A stretch of DNA of 63,431 nucleotides, counting the filler, from Octopus bimaculoides (taxonomy: Eukaryota), in assembly GCF_001194135.2 (NCBI RefSeq). It is 5 parts of 5 records of this genome, joined end to end, with 100 filler letters (N's around TTAATTAATTAA, not from the genome) between each part and the next. Parts side by side here need not be neighbours in the genome. Positions count along the whole stretch, not along the records: positions 1 to 29,598 come from NC_069000.1; 4 more parts are not named here. The stretch is one strand, 5' to 3'. Under the pieces are notes generated by a model. The model made no database searches, was not told the DNA's origin, and saw only the letters and a list, made by a program, of their open reading frames with translations. Below are positions 15,101 through 27,891 of the stretch, in pieces. Position numbers and translations under genes: made by a program. Numbering within the stretch: position 1 is the stretch's first letter; each line of letters opens with the position of its first letter.

Positions 15101-15819
15101 TCAAAAGAGGCAACAGGGTATACAGTGACAATAGATGTTACTAAGCATGCCAACCTTTATGACATATTGCAAAATCTTATAAAACTGGAAGAAGCATTTC
15201 TCTAAGGAATAAAAAGTAAAACCTTCTCTCATGGAATTTAATACATACAATATTTAATACACAGAACATGGTACAAAACAACAGAGGGCTTCTACCTGTT
15301 CATTTGAACTGCTACAAATATCAATTAAATGTCCCTCGAAACACACATTACCACCTTTAATCACAGATTTGTTCAGTCAGGGCTGATAAGCTAAATAACA
15401 TACACACATACTTTAGCACATAAACACACGTGCATGCATACTCACTATCGCGAAATCGTGGTTTCAATTCCTAGACCAGGTTCTTGGACAAAATACTTAT
15501 CTCACGTTGCTCTGCGATCACTTCGACACCTAACGCGTGGTACCTGTTCAAACAACGATTTTTTGAGGGGGGGGTGATTTAATGTGTGGCACGGACATTT
15601 GATCACTATAAACAAATCATTTGTGCAGGTCGTTCGACAAAAGCTAAACGCACAAACGTCGTCTTCGACGGGACAGTTCATCATATGTTTGTGTGCGTGT
15701 GTGTGCGCGAGTGCATGTGTGTGTATGAATGTATGAATGTATAGTCCACAGAAGAGATCCAGAGATTTTCCGTATAGAAGACATTTAGTAGTATGTATGT
15801 ATGTATGTATAAAAGCTGT

Positions 15820-16440
15820 CCCCCACAATTTATACATACTTTAACAGTTGATAATCCAATTCTTATTTCTTTTTAGATTTAGCCCATTTGAAATAACGAA
15901 GGAGCCACACAAAGTTTTAAACAAAGATAATTTTTCTGAAAGGGCTACTGAAAATTTGAAAACAAAATACAAGTGCAAGAGCAGCCTAGAATCGAGTTTT
16001 AAGCAGATCCATAATCAGGAGATAAGTTTCAAGCAGATGGAACTGTTCAGAATGTCCATAAGAAACGTTCCGGAAGACTGCGGCCTTCCATGAGCCCCAC
16101 AAAGCCAGAAGTTTTGCCAGGATTCAAAACAATCTTTGTAACAAAAGAGTCATGAGATAGGAATTTCAAAATCAAGCATTCACCGTATTTTGAAGCGTCG
16201 TCATTACAAAAGTTACAGTCCAAGAATACTTCATGCTCTCAGTGAAGATGAATATTTTCGAATGACACTTTGGTAAGATGTCCAGAAGATGCACACTTTC
16301 CAACCAAGATTGTTTGGAGGGATGAAGCTACATTTAAATGAAATGGCTCGATTAACCACCAAAATTGGACCCACTGAGAATCTGAGAAGCCGCATATTAC
16401 GAAGAAATGTTAATTTAACAAGAGTTTCAATACTGTGAAG
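15820..16440 (+). mobile_element. Tc1/mariner-superfamily transposase remnant
   Basis: GISKSSIHRILKRRHYKSYSPRILHALSEDE...FPTKIVWRDEATFK*NGSINHQNW (first catalytic Asp, DEA motif). Confidence 0.8.
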
Positions 16441-16604
16441 CTTACCATCAAATAGATTAACTGAACCATTCTTTTTTGATGGTTATATATTGTTATATAT
16501 ATATCTCCATTTTCTATTCATTTTTGTATTATGCATATATATATATATATTTATATATATATATATATAATTGTGAAGTGGTATAGTATCCTTAATTTCT
16601 TGTT

Positions 16605-16765
16605 GGCTCTTAGAAGCTGGTGAGATTGATGAGGTTGATGTTCGGCTTAAATATTTTGGACACATGACTGCAGATGTTGAAGAAAAGAAAAGAAATAATG
16701 TTGTGGTCGACGGGTTTAGGGGAAGAATGCAGAGAATGATAGGTTCCAGTGATTTTAGTTCCAAT
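16605..16765 (+). mobile_element. Old RTE-like LINE C-terminal remnant
   Basis: VRLKYFGHMTADVEEKKRNNVVVDGFRGRMQRM resembles the RTE RLxYFGH...EGxRxRGRxRxRW motif. Confidence 0.5.
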
Positions 16766-17385
16766 GATCAGTGAGAAGATGACTGTATATAGTGTAGAGA
16801 CAATCCAAGTCAGCGGTTATAGGTTTAATACTAATTCTGAGTTACTTGTGGTTGTGATTCGACAGTTTAAGCTATAAACAATACTGGGCGCCATGATTAA
16901 GGTTGCGAGCTGGCAGAATCGTTAACACTTCGGACAATGTGTTTGGCGGCGTTTCTTCCGGCTATTTATGTTTGATTTCAAAAGCTGTCGAGGTCTACTT
17001 TAATTTTTCGTCCTTTCTGGATCGATACAAATACCAGTTGAGCACCAGGTTCGATGTAATCGACTGCTCCCCTCCCCTCAAAATTTCAGGCTTTGTGCTT
17101 ATAGTAGAAAGACGTGTGATGAGACAGCTTAAGCCATAGCAATCTTGTCAGTCAAGAAGAAGAAGAAAGAGAAGGCAGTTAGAGGGGGTAAGTAAGTAAC
17201 GAGCAGAATGCTAGATGTTGGTAGACCCCCCCCAAAGAAGAGTGTGAGTAAATGTCAGCAAGTCTGTCTGTCAGCAAGTCTGTCTGTCAGCTGACACATA
17301 AGAGAGGAAACTAAATCCGAGAGCTGCTGAAGGAAGACTTGTCGCCTTGATAAAACAAAAACAAACAAAAACAGAAAAATCCAAA

Positions 17386-17433
<48 letters not shown>

Positions 17434-18763
17434 AAATGANNNNNNNNNNTGGTGGTGGTGGTGGTGGTCCTGCTGATGATGATGAACACGATGACAATTG
17501 CTGATGCAAGTGTAGCGATGCTGATGATTGCTGTTGGTAGAGATTTTCATTATTGTCACAGTAAATAGGGCGGCATTTCGTCCGTCTTAACGTTCTGAAT
17601 TCAAATTCCACCGAGGTCGATTTTGCCTTTCATCCTTTCGGGGTCGATAAAATAAGTAGCAGTCAAGCACTGGGGGTCGATGTAATCGACTTACCACCAG
17701 CCCTGAAATTGCTGCCTTTGTGCCAAAAGTTGAGATTATTGTTACAGTAATTGTGGTGGTACTACTACTACTACTACTGCTGATGATGATTGTGGTTTGG
17801 AAGCAGTTGTGGTTCGATTCCCAGTTTGTTTAGCGATTTATCTTAAACATACATACATAAACAGACAGACTCCAAATATTTGCACACATATACACAAGCA
17901 TGCTTCTGATGTTGAAATTCCAATGAAGGAGCCTTGGATTTCGGTTAGAAACCGGACCTTTGTCCATTGGCTAGAAATCCAGAAATAAGACTAAATAATT
18001 CTATCTATGATACGCACGAGATTTGAAATTATAGGGAAGTTAATTAGATCGACCCCCGCCCCCAGGGCTCAACTGGTACTTATTTTATCAACCCCAAAAG
18101 CGAGAAATGCAAAACCAACCCTCAGCGAAATAGGAACTCAGAACGTAAAGAGTCGAAAGAAATGCTGTTAAGCGTATTCGGTGTGCTAGCGAGTCTGCGA
18201 GCTCGCTGCCTAATAATACTAAACAATAACATACATACATATGTACGTAGATATAAGTGTATCACGTGACCACTATCAGATGTTGTTATATATCGCTAGT
18301 CACAATACGCTTTGCATCGTTTTAGCCTTCGAATGATGCTGACAAGGTGATCAGCCCAACATTCCTTCTAATAGTCCGTCGAAGAGTTACCCAATTACAG
18401 CCTAGTGGACTGGAGCTTCACGAAATGAAGTGGTTTGTTCTAGGAATTGAACCTACGATCTACCGATCATGAGTATCACATCCTAACAGTTAGTCCACAT
18501 GCCATCTCATATATAAGTATATATGTATATATGCAAATCTATAGCTTCCCATTCGTCTCCTCTTTCAGAACTACTAACGTTCAACAAGTCAATGACATTT
18601 CAGTCGTCATTCAAGATATAAATTGATCCTTTAACCATCGAACTTTGGTCTTTGTATACAAATTTTTATGTGGATTCAATGTCTCGTGGTTTTACATTAC
18701 ACACACATATACACACACGCACACAAGTATATATATACATATATATGCATATATATATATATA

Positions 18764-18883
18764 CTTTATTTAAAAGCAGCAGAAATATAACAAAAAAACT
18801 GTTACTCTGAGTTTCACGTTCACGTTCCCGTGAAACTCAGAGTAACAGTTTTTTTGTTATATTTCTGCTGCTTTTAAATAAAG
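18764..18883. repeat. Perfect 55-bp inverted repeat with 10-nt spacer
   Basis: Arms 18764-18818 and 18829-18883 are exact reverse complements. Confidence 0.95.
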
Positions 18884-19177
18884 AATATTACTCTACCTCT
18901 GGTATTTGAGTACTCTTTTTTCCACCTTGTTGCACATTTCATGTGCTTACTCCNNNNNNNNNNNNNNNNNNNNNNNNNNNNNNNNNNNNNNNNNNNNNNN
19001 NNNNNNNNNNNNNNNNNNNNNNNNNNNNNNNNNNNNNNNNNNNNNNNNNNNNNNNNNNNNNNNNNNNNNNNNNNNNNNNNNNNNNNNNNNNNNNNNNNNN
19101 NNNNNNNNNNNNNNNNNNNNNNNNNNNNNNNNNNNNNNNNNNNNNNNNNNNNNNNNNNNNNNNNNNNNNNNNNNNNN

Positions 19178-19500
19178 TGGTTAGAGTGTCGGGCTTACAA
19201 TTATAAGTTCGATTCCCGGACCGGGCTCTGTGTCGTGTTCTTGAGGAAGGCACTTTATTTAGCGTTGGTCCAGTTCATTCGGCTGTAGAAATGAGCTGCA
19301 ATGTCACTGGTGCCAAGCTGTATCGGCCTTTGCCTTTCTCTTGGATAACATCAATGGCATGGCGATGGGAGGCTGGTATGCATGGGTGAATGGGTGACTT
19401 CTAGTCTTCCATAAACAACCTTGCCCAGACTTGAGCCTCGGAGAGGAACTTTCTAGGTGCGTCCCATGATCATTCATGACAGAAGAGGTCTTTACCCTTG
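19178..19500 (+). mobile_element. tRNA-derived SINE, related head with different body
   Basis: tggttagagtgtcgg...gttcgattcccgg...gtgttcttgaggaaggcacttt; similar headed repeats lie at ~15445-15680 and ~18255-18505(-). Confidence 0.7.
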
Positions 19501-19562
19501 TGTGTGTGTGTGTGTGTGTGTGGTAAATGAAAGACGGAAGATGGAATATACGAGAATATTTC

Positions 19563-19671
19563 TTTATCACACTCGTTTCGACACATCTATCACCGATCCC
19601 TCACGGGTGGGACACTCAACAACTGGTTCAGGAGCATCCGGCGGTGCAGATGTATCTCATCGGGTGATAAA
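19563..19671 (-). ncRNA. Type I hammerhead-like motif, CCGAUGA core, long stem II
   Basis: UUUAUCAC-CCGAUGA-GAUACAUCU...AGAUGUGUC-GAAAC-GA-GU-GUGAUAAA: 8-bp stem I, 9-bp stem II continued by CACCG/CGGUG; the N17 nucleotide appears deleted. Confidence 0.7.
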
Positions 19672-20048
19672 TAGATATAACTCGTTAAAATAACAGTTCC
19701 GCAATGTATCTTCTCATTTCGTAGAAAGAAAAGCAGCAAAACAAAGAATTTATCTTCATATATATATAGATCACAAACAGAATGACAGATTCAAAAATGA
19801 AACGAACGAGAAAAGTATTAAAAATAACCGTTAAAAGATATGGATGTATAAACGCCCTCGCGCAAGCTGCATGGCGCGTGTACACACATTCATACTAGCA
19901 TCTACGAAAATATAAGCATACGCACACGTGTAAGCATACACTTGGTGTTTATAAGAATGGAGAGGTTAATGGTAAACTTAATTCATCCATACCTTAAAGT
20001 AAATTATGTTAACAGTTACTAAAATTCATTCCCACTGCATTGTATGTG

Positions 20049-20087
<39 letters not shown>

Positions 20088-20642
20088 TGCGGATTTCTTT
20101 CAGTTTCCCTCAATCAAACCCACTCATGAAGCTTTGGTTGGCCCGAGGCCATAACCGTTATAACCGTTATAGCATAACGGAAGACACCTGCCGAAGGTAC
20201 CATGTAATGGACTGAACCTTTAACCATGTGGTTGGGAAGCAAACTTCTCGCCACACAGCCACGCCTGTGTTTTATATATAAATTATACATATAACATATA
20301 CGCATATATATCTAATATAATAAATGTGAAAACTAATTTCTGTGTGTCAGTGTGTCACACTTAGACTCCCTCTCTCACTCTTCAATGACACCCCTACTAT
20401 TCCTCATGATGGGGTGAGAGTCATAGTAGGCATAGAGTCGGTGAGGGCGGTGGCGAAGAGAGAGAGAGAGAGAAAAGTGAGAGTGAGAGAAAGAGAGACA
20501 AAGAAATTTTGGGAGAATTGATGATGTTTTGTTAAAAGTAGTAATGATGATGGTGGCAGTGGGAGTAATAATAAAAGAGGGGGAAAAGAGTGGGTATTTG
20601 AGAGAGAGAGGGAGAAACACAAAAGTAGACTATCATAGTAGA

Positions 20643-20960
20643 CTAGCTGGCCCCGTGCCGTCAAAAATGAAGGCTAATTGTAGTATTTGATACATAAATA
20701 AAGTACAAAACCAAATTTTTAGTTCAATAATTCTTTTATTACCATTTTTTTTAATGAAAAATCTAACCACAATTAACATCCCTTGACAAGAATTTCTAAG
20801 TTTTCCTTCCTCCTTGTACGACTTGAGGCCACATAAAGCTGGCCGTGATTAAATACGGGAGCTGGCAAGTAAATACCAACTTTTTCGAAGCGACGTTCCT
20901 TTACGATTGTGCTCTCCAGATCAACCTAAACTCATACGACTTAAAGCCACAAAAGGCAGT
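20643..20960 (-). mobile_element. Helitron 3' remnant (PIF1-type helicase C-terminus and 3' terminus)
   Basis: FEKVGIYLPAPVFNHGQLYVASSRTRRKENLEILVK (cf. the VFSHGQLYVALSR motif); the minus strand ends in a hairpin followed by CTAG|T at 20646-20642. Confidence 0.85.
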
Positions 20961-21050
20961 CAGTGACTTATAGTTGATGTTGTAAAAACTCCCTATTTAA
21001 AATTCATTACACAAATTTATTAATATAAATAAACAAGGCACATGTATGAA

Positions 21051-21625
21051 CTGCTAAATGTGTATTTATAATATACTTTTCAACTGCAGTCGTTTTATAT
21101 TCTTGATACGCTCAGGCAATAATTATTTTCTCTAATGAGTTTGTATATGTACGTGTTTGTGTAGATGTGTGTGATTGTAATAATTATTTGTAACAACAGA
21201 TAAGAATATGGATGGTAATTCAAATTAATACACTTCTCAATGTTATCTAGCGGTTGTATTTTGAGATGTGACATCAATCATCGTTAATTACTGAGAGAAT
21301 GCTGGTTAGTTTATGTATAGTTACTGAAAGAACACTGGGTAAAAATTAATTAAGGACATATATAAACTGTTAAATTAAGATGTGTATTTATAATATACCT
21401 TTCAACTGCAGTCGTTTTATGTTCTTCATACACTCAGGCAATAATTATTTTCCCTGATGAGTTTGTATATGTATATGTGCAGGTGTGTGTGATTGTAATA
21501 ATTATTTTAACAAAACAGATAGAATATAGATGGTAGATCATATTAATACACTTGTCAATGTTATCTAGTGGTTGTCTTTTGAGATGTGACATGGATCATC
21601 GTTTCTTACTGAAAGAACGCTGGTC
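21051..21625. repeat. ~320-bp tandem duplication
   Basis: atgtgtatttataatatac...caactgcagtcgtttt recurs at 21060 and 21380 with long colinear similarity. Confidence 0.85.
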
Positions 21626-22105
21626 CACACATACAAACATTCACATACTTCCCTTGTACTCACATACACATACACTCATATACTCACACAGAGTTGAAAC
21701 GCTGTTTGAATTTTCTTTTCAGTGTTGAATGTTCACCGTCCCACTTCCATTGCACACACACAAACACACACACACACACACACACATACACGCACACTCA
21801 CACAAACATTCACATCCCTCCCTTTTACATACACACACATGTAGTCACACAGAGTTGAAACGCTGTAATTCTTTTTCACCCCTTCCTTCCTTATTCATCT
21901 ATCCCCCTTCCTTTCTCATTCATATGTTGTGACGGAGAAAAACACAAGAGTTTTATTATAATAGATTATATATATAATGTATAATATATATATATATATA
22001 ATGTATTATATATATGTATATGTATATATATATATTATATATAATATATATTATATATTATACACACACACACACACACACATATATAATAATAATAATA
22101 ATATA

Positions 22106-22155
<50 letters not shown>

Positions 22156-22859
22156 ATATGTTACATAATATATTACATAGTATATATACTATATATTATG
22201 TATAATATATATTATATATATATATTATATATACACACATACACACATATATATATATATATATATTACATAATATATTTTATATTATGTGTATATATCA
22301 AATAGATACATACATACACGCATACACACATACACACACACACATACATACATACATACATACATACATACATACATACATACACACATGACTGGGCGGA
22401 TACATAATAGCTGTAAGGTGGCTCCAACCAATTGTGTGTTGCAAGAATCGGTTTAAACTGGTGTAATCTAGTTTGAATCTGTGTTACAGAAGCATATAGC
22501 CTCATTCAACTAAAGGTAACAAGCATTGAATTTATGTACCTTTAACACTGTTTCATAAGTTAACTGCAGGAGGAGGAGGAGGAGGNNNNNNNNNNNNNNN
22601 NNNNNNNNNNNNNNNNNNNNNNNNNNNNNNNNNNNNNNNNNNNNNNNNNNNNNNNNNNNNNNNNNNNNNNNNNNNNNNNNNNNNNNNNNNNNNNNNNNNN
22701 NNNNNNNNNNNNNNNNNNNNNNNNNNNNNNNNNNNNNNNNNNNNNNNNNNNNNNNNNGGAAGAAGAGGAGGAGGAGGAAGAAGAGGAGGAGGAGGAAGAA
22801 GAGGAGGAGGAGGAAGAAGAGGAGGAGGAGGAGGAGTTAATGCATTTCCGTGTTCAGAG

Positions 22860-23100
22860 CCGTTCCACTTGTGGCTATTCCATCTCTTGGACTGGTAAGC
22901 GCTGCATCAGATTAATGAATGCCATTTCCTTATTGAAGATGGTAAGGTGCGTTTGAGGATGATTTTGGCAGGTATTTCTACTCCAAAAGTATGGCAGTTA
23001 GTCTGAACGATATTTGAGCTCAAAACTCCGAGACTGGAACAAATATCGTATGGGAATTTTTCCTTCACTCCAGTTCCTATACTCCAATGACACTGCCATT
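22860..23100 (-). mobile_element. Highly degenerate LINE RT-like remnant
   Basis: LGVLSSNIVQTNCHTFGVEIPAKIIL...PVQEME weakly resembles RT domain 7 and the downstream PxMEY motif. Confidence 0.3.
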
Positions 23101-23483
23101 TCACCACCTATAGGATGAGAGGCACTGTTGACGGTGGCGAGATTTGAAATAGGGTAACAAAAGGGGAATTCCTGAGGGTTCCATCCTAGAGAGGAAGATC
23201 GGAAAGAACTGTTTAATGAAAGATCACGAGAATGAGACAGGGAAAGGATTGCGGAAGGTATCAAGGAACACAACCGGAAGTTGTTGCCCCATTCTTTCCA
23301 AGGAACGTACTAGCGCAAAGGCTTCTATTTTATTTCATAGTTATTTATTAATATTTATTTTCTCGGTTGTTCAAACGCATGATTCGTATAGTAAATATTT
23401 ATCCAGGGAGACACTGTTCAAATAAGCATGTCTCATCGTTATAATTTTATAAGTTTTATTTAAAAGTAGCTCTTGGGTGTAAA

Positions 23484-23578
23484 TCAAACCACAAATTCAA
23501 ATGGTAATTTAAGTGTACAAAATGAATTCAAACGTGAAAAGATAGACACAATGCTCAATGTAATGCTATATACGTAAA
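23484..23578 (-). CDS. Candidate terminal exon with hydrophobic (TM/GPI-like) segment of the IgSF gene
   Basis: Strong acceptor ctctgtttttttttcttttag|; phase 1 gives (V)YVYSITLSIVSIFSRLNSFCTLKLPFEFVV*; AATAAA on the minus strand at 23455-23460. Could arise by chance in AT-rich DNA. Confidence 0.35.
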
Positions 23579-23849
23579 CTAAAAGAAAAAAAAACAGAGC
23601 GTTTGTGAATGGAGACCCGTTGATCATTCGTCTGTTCGAGCAGGTTTGGCTTGGAGCTAAACAACAACATCAATAACAATAACAAGATCCGGAAGGTGGC
23701 GTTGCATGATGTAAGACAGCTTCTGATTAATTCTATATGTTATTTGATTTCAATTCCTGACTGTTTCCATACAATCTGCAAAGCCATGGACCCTCTCTCT
23801 TTCTCTCTATATTTCGTTCTCTCTTTCTTTCTCTCTCTCTCTCTCCCTC

Positions 23850-23880
<31 letters not shown>

Positions 23881-24371
23881 TCCTTAAGACCCAGCTAGTG
23901 AGAAAAAAGAATCAACTTCAATATAACTACGACTTAACTCACGGTATACGAAACTAAATCAATGAGATAGAGGTACTTTTAATATTGCATTGCTGTGGAA
24001 GACATGACAGGAGTTGGTCTTAAAGTTTAATCAAAGTGTCACACTTCTTAGGTGACAAGATTTTGTTGGGGAGAAAAACAGCATGCAGTGTCATCTATGT
24101 AAAGAACTGCATGGATATGTATCAAAAATATTACTCATATCGAAGAAGAGCAAAATGAAAAACTGCATAGTTATAGAAGATAGCTGCTGCTCTAAAACTG
24201 GATCAGCAGTAAATGGAAAGAGAAATATTCACCACCACAACCAGCAGGACAAGGCAGAATCGTCGAATATTTTCTCTTTCGCTCCTTAGGCGGCAGTGCC
24301 GTTCCATAAGTACGTAAACCGCTTATCTGGTCCCTTTTTATATAAACTATGAATTATCTCTCTCTTTCTCT

Positions 24372-24413
<42 letters not shown>

Positions 24414-24558
24414 TTCTCTGTGTGTATGTGTGCGTATTGTTGCCTCTTTTGGGACCAGGAACTGATTGTTCAAATAAGTACTCAATACTCGTGAGAACAC
24501 ATCTGTAGAGCAAATTGAATGCATGTCTATATATATATATATATACATATATATCTAG

Positions 24559-25266
24559 ACTCAAATTAAGTAATCAACTTTTTATACATACCCATACAGT
24601 TATAAATTCGACTTAAAATGCGTATATATATATTAATACATATCGACATGTATGAATATCTTTTTAATATTTTTAAAGATATGAATATATATATATATAA
24701 ATATACATAAAAATACATGTAAATGAAACCCATGTGGGATACATATAGAAAGAAGTGTGAGAAAAAGAACTGATAAAAATTATTTTCGCACCAAAACTAA
24801 GAGCGGTTGAGAGTTTCAATTAGAAGTTTCAATTATGAGGATGCCTTTCCTGATGAAGGGGACATTGCCCGCATGGTTTGTAAGATTTCTATTAATTTTT
24901 CTACCAGGACATGAACTCTGGAAACGGTCGTAGAAAGTGGATCTCCTCGAATTGTATTATATTCCTTATATACTATTTATACATTTAAAAAAAACACATT
25001 AAATTCTATGGATCTTCTAATTGAAACTCTTAACTGCTCTTAGATTTAGTACGAACAAAATCTTTATCAGTTCTTTTTCTCACATTTGTTTCCATATATA
25101 TCCCACATGGGTTTTATTTACATGTATTTTTATGTATATTTATATATATATTTATATTTTTCAAAATATTTTTTTAAATATTCCTATATGTCGATGTATA
25201 CACTCATTTTAAGTCGAATTTATAGCTATATGGGTATGTATAAAAAGTTGATTGCCTAATTTGAGT
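24559..25266. repeat. Diverged ~260-bp inverted repeat with 187-bp spacer
   Basis: Arms 24559-24826 and 25014-25266 (e.g. gagtttcaattagaag / cttctaattgaaactc; aattcgacttaaaatg / cattttaagtcgaatt). Confidence 0.9.
24845..24937 (+). ncRNA. Type I hammerhead ribozyme motif with ~64-nt stem II insert
   Basis: CUUUC-CUGAUGA ... GAAAC-GGUC-GUA-GAAAG: perfect 5-bp stem I and GUA triplet; the closing pair of stem II is mismatched. Confidence 0.65.
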
Positions 25267-26319
25267 TTATATCTTAATTCTTATCTTTTGTCTCGGGTTC
25301 GATCCGAGCACAACCTATGCAGTTCTATATATTTCGTAAGATAAAACAATAATAAGCAACAGGATATCAAGAAATCATGCAGTACGACCATTTCATTTAA
25401 TTGAACAATGCAATCATTACATCAATTTAAATGCAGTGCTATCATCAGCTGCACAAATAAATAGAATTTTAACCAGTTGGACACATTAATATAATTTTTC
25501 TCAAATGCTTTATCAGAGCAAGAAGATGGAAGAAATTCATGTTGCCGCTATTGTAGCTAAGAGTAAACTACACTTCCATCTTCTTGCTCTTCATTCCAAG
25601 AATGGCATGAAATCCACCGGGGGAATAACTTGTAAAGGATTGTGCTCCATTTTTAATTTATTTGTCTTTTTTTCAATTACTAAATCCAAAACTAGAGGAC
25701 TGTGTCTGTTTAGAATGAAGGGCAAGAGTGAGTTGACAGCTCATGGCTAGGTATGGTCATAAATATTGTCATATGTATTCTTTTTCCTCGGGAAAGGAAG
25801 AAGACATTAGGAATAGTAAATTGGATATAGAGTAACTGTCTATTAAAAGGAGGCTGGATTGGGGAAGACTCTAAATCATGATGTTAATTACCAGTTAAAG
25901 AGACAAGACGCTAATAAAACCTAGGATATTAATACAGAGGAAATTTTATCTTGGAGTACTATGGGTGATTGTTTATAAACAATATTGTTATGTTGTATAA
26001 AAATAAGATTTAAGATTATCAAAAATGATAACATAACCAAAATAGGTAAAATGCGTGTATATATCAATTATAAACATTAAAAAGGAAAGATTACATAAAA
26101 TCAGTTTAATATTCATTCATGTACTTAATTAATTACTTATTAGATGGTTTCTATAATGACTGCACAGGGCATTTACTTATGGAATACTGAAAAGATATCT
26201 ATATATTAAAAGATATCAATATATCTATATAATGATATATAGATGCTATCTATATATTAATATAATCCAAGAATCAGAAAAAATAAAGATGTGTACAGAT
26301 ACACACACATACTTATATA

Positions 26320-26580
26320 TGTGCACACATGCACACATACACATACACAAATATTTATACGTTTATATGGATATAGTATAACCATCTTGCATAGACTTAA
26401 GTAACTGAAAAGTATCTATTTACGAACTAGAAAAATAACAATTTAAAAGGGATAAGAGGTTAATAGATTATGCACATATATGCATATATACACATATACA
26501 AATATTTATACGTTTATATGGATATAGTATAACCATCTCGCATAGACCTAAGTAGCTGAAAAATCTCTATTTAAGAACAG
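26320..26580. repeat. ~150-bp tandem duplication
   Basis: acaaatatttatacgtttatatggatatagtataaccatct occurs twice. Confidence 0.85.
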
Positions 26581-27225
26581 TAACTACTTATACTGAATAA
26601 GAGTTTAATAGGTAAGGATATCAAAATAAGAAAACAAAATAATAAGAATTTATAGAAAATAACAAGAAATACATATAACCTACATTTAAAGAGACAGGGT
26701 ATTAAAATTTGAGGTAGGGAAGAGGTAAAGGTAACCCGAAAAGAGAAGGTAGTTGGTATAGGCGTAGTGAGGGCAGTTAAAGGTATTCAGACCGAAGAAG
26801 TTTTATAAGTTGTAATGTTACAAGTATTATATATATATATGATTTTACAGTTTCTAGAGGCTATATAATTAGGAGACTTACTTACATAAAAACCATTAAA
26901 AATATACATAATATGATCAGTAGGGTAGAACATCATAGAAAGGAAAAAAATAATTTAATCACCAAAAATATGATGAAGTCAGACTAACTAGGCATGAATT
27001 ATCATGGGATAGTAATTACACATAGCACACCACATGCCATAACATATGCAATGCAATTTAATTCACCATGTAACATAATATCCCATGATTTTATTATATT
27101 TAATACTAGAGGGTAAGTTTACAACGGATACGACACCAAAATTAATTTCCACCATCAAAGTTCAAGTAGACTGCTGAGATGATTCGAAAACACAACCCTA
27201 ATAACCTAACGGTATATCTTTTTTC

Positions 27226-27314
27226 TATTCCTCTGATGAGATTTTGCCTAATATAATGATTTAATAATTGCTATTTTAATCTTTAGTCTTAATTGAAACA
27301 GTTGCAAGAGAATA
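27226..27314 (+). ncRNA. Degenerate type I hammerhead motif with long stem II
   Basis: UAUUCCU-CUGAUGA-GAUU...AAUU-GAAAC-AGUU-GCA-AGAGAAUA; U16.1 appears mutated to C. Confidence 0.55.
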
Positions 27315-27841
27315 TGTTGGATTTTTGCATATAATGAACTTTTATTAAATGCTATATCTCCATTTTCTCGATTTCTTTTGAATGAGTATATGTGTGTGTA
27401 TAATTCTTTCTCTCTCNNNNNNNNNNNNNNNNNNNNNNNNNNNNNNNNNNNNNNNNNNNNNNNNNNNNNNNNNNNNNNNNNNNNNNNNNNNNNNNNNNNN
27501 NNNNNNNNNNNNNNNNNNNNNNNNNNNNNNNNNNNNNNNNNNNNNNNNNNNNNNNNNNNNNNNNNNNNNNNNNNNNNNNNNNNNNNNNNNNNNNNNNNNN
27601 NNNNNNNNNNNNNNNNNNNNNNNNNNNNNNNNNNNNNNNNNNNNNNNNNNNNNNNNNNNNNNNNNNNNNNNNNNNNNNNNNNNNNNNNNNNNNNNNNNNN
27701 NNNNNNNNNNNNNNNNNNNNNNNNNNNNNNNNNNNNNNNNNNNNNNNNNNNNNNNNNNNNNNNNNNNNNNNNNNNNNNNNNNNNNNNNNNNNNNNNNNNN
27801 NNNNNNNNNNNNNNNNNNNNNNNNNNNNNNNNNNNNNNNNN

Positions 27842-27891
<50 letters not shown>

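Noticed and set aside
17915-17965. CCAAUGA...GAAACCGG hammerhead-like string; similarly weak strings at ~12970, ~21400-21440 and ~62480-62540
   Set aside because: Too many core changes and no convincing stems I and II.
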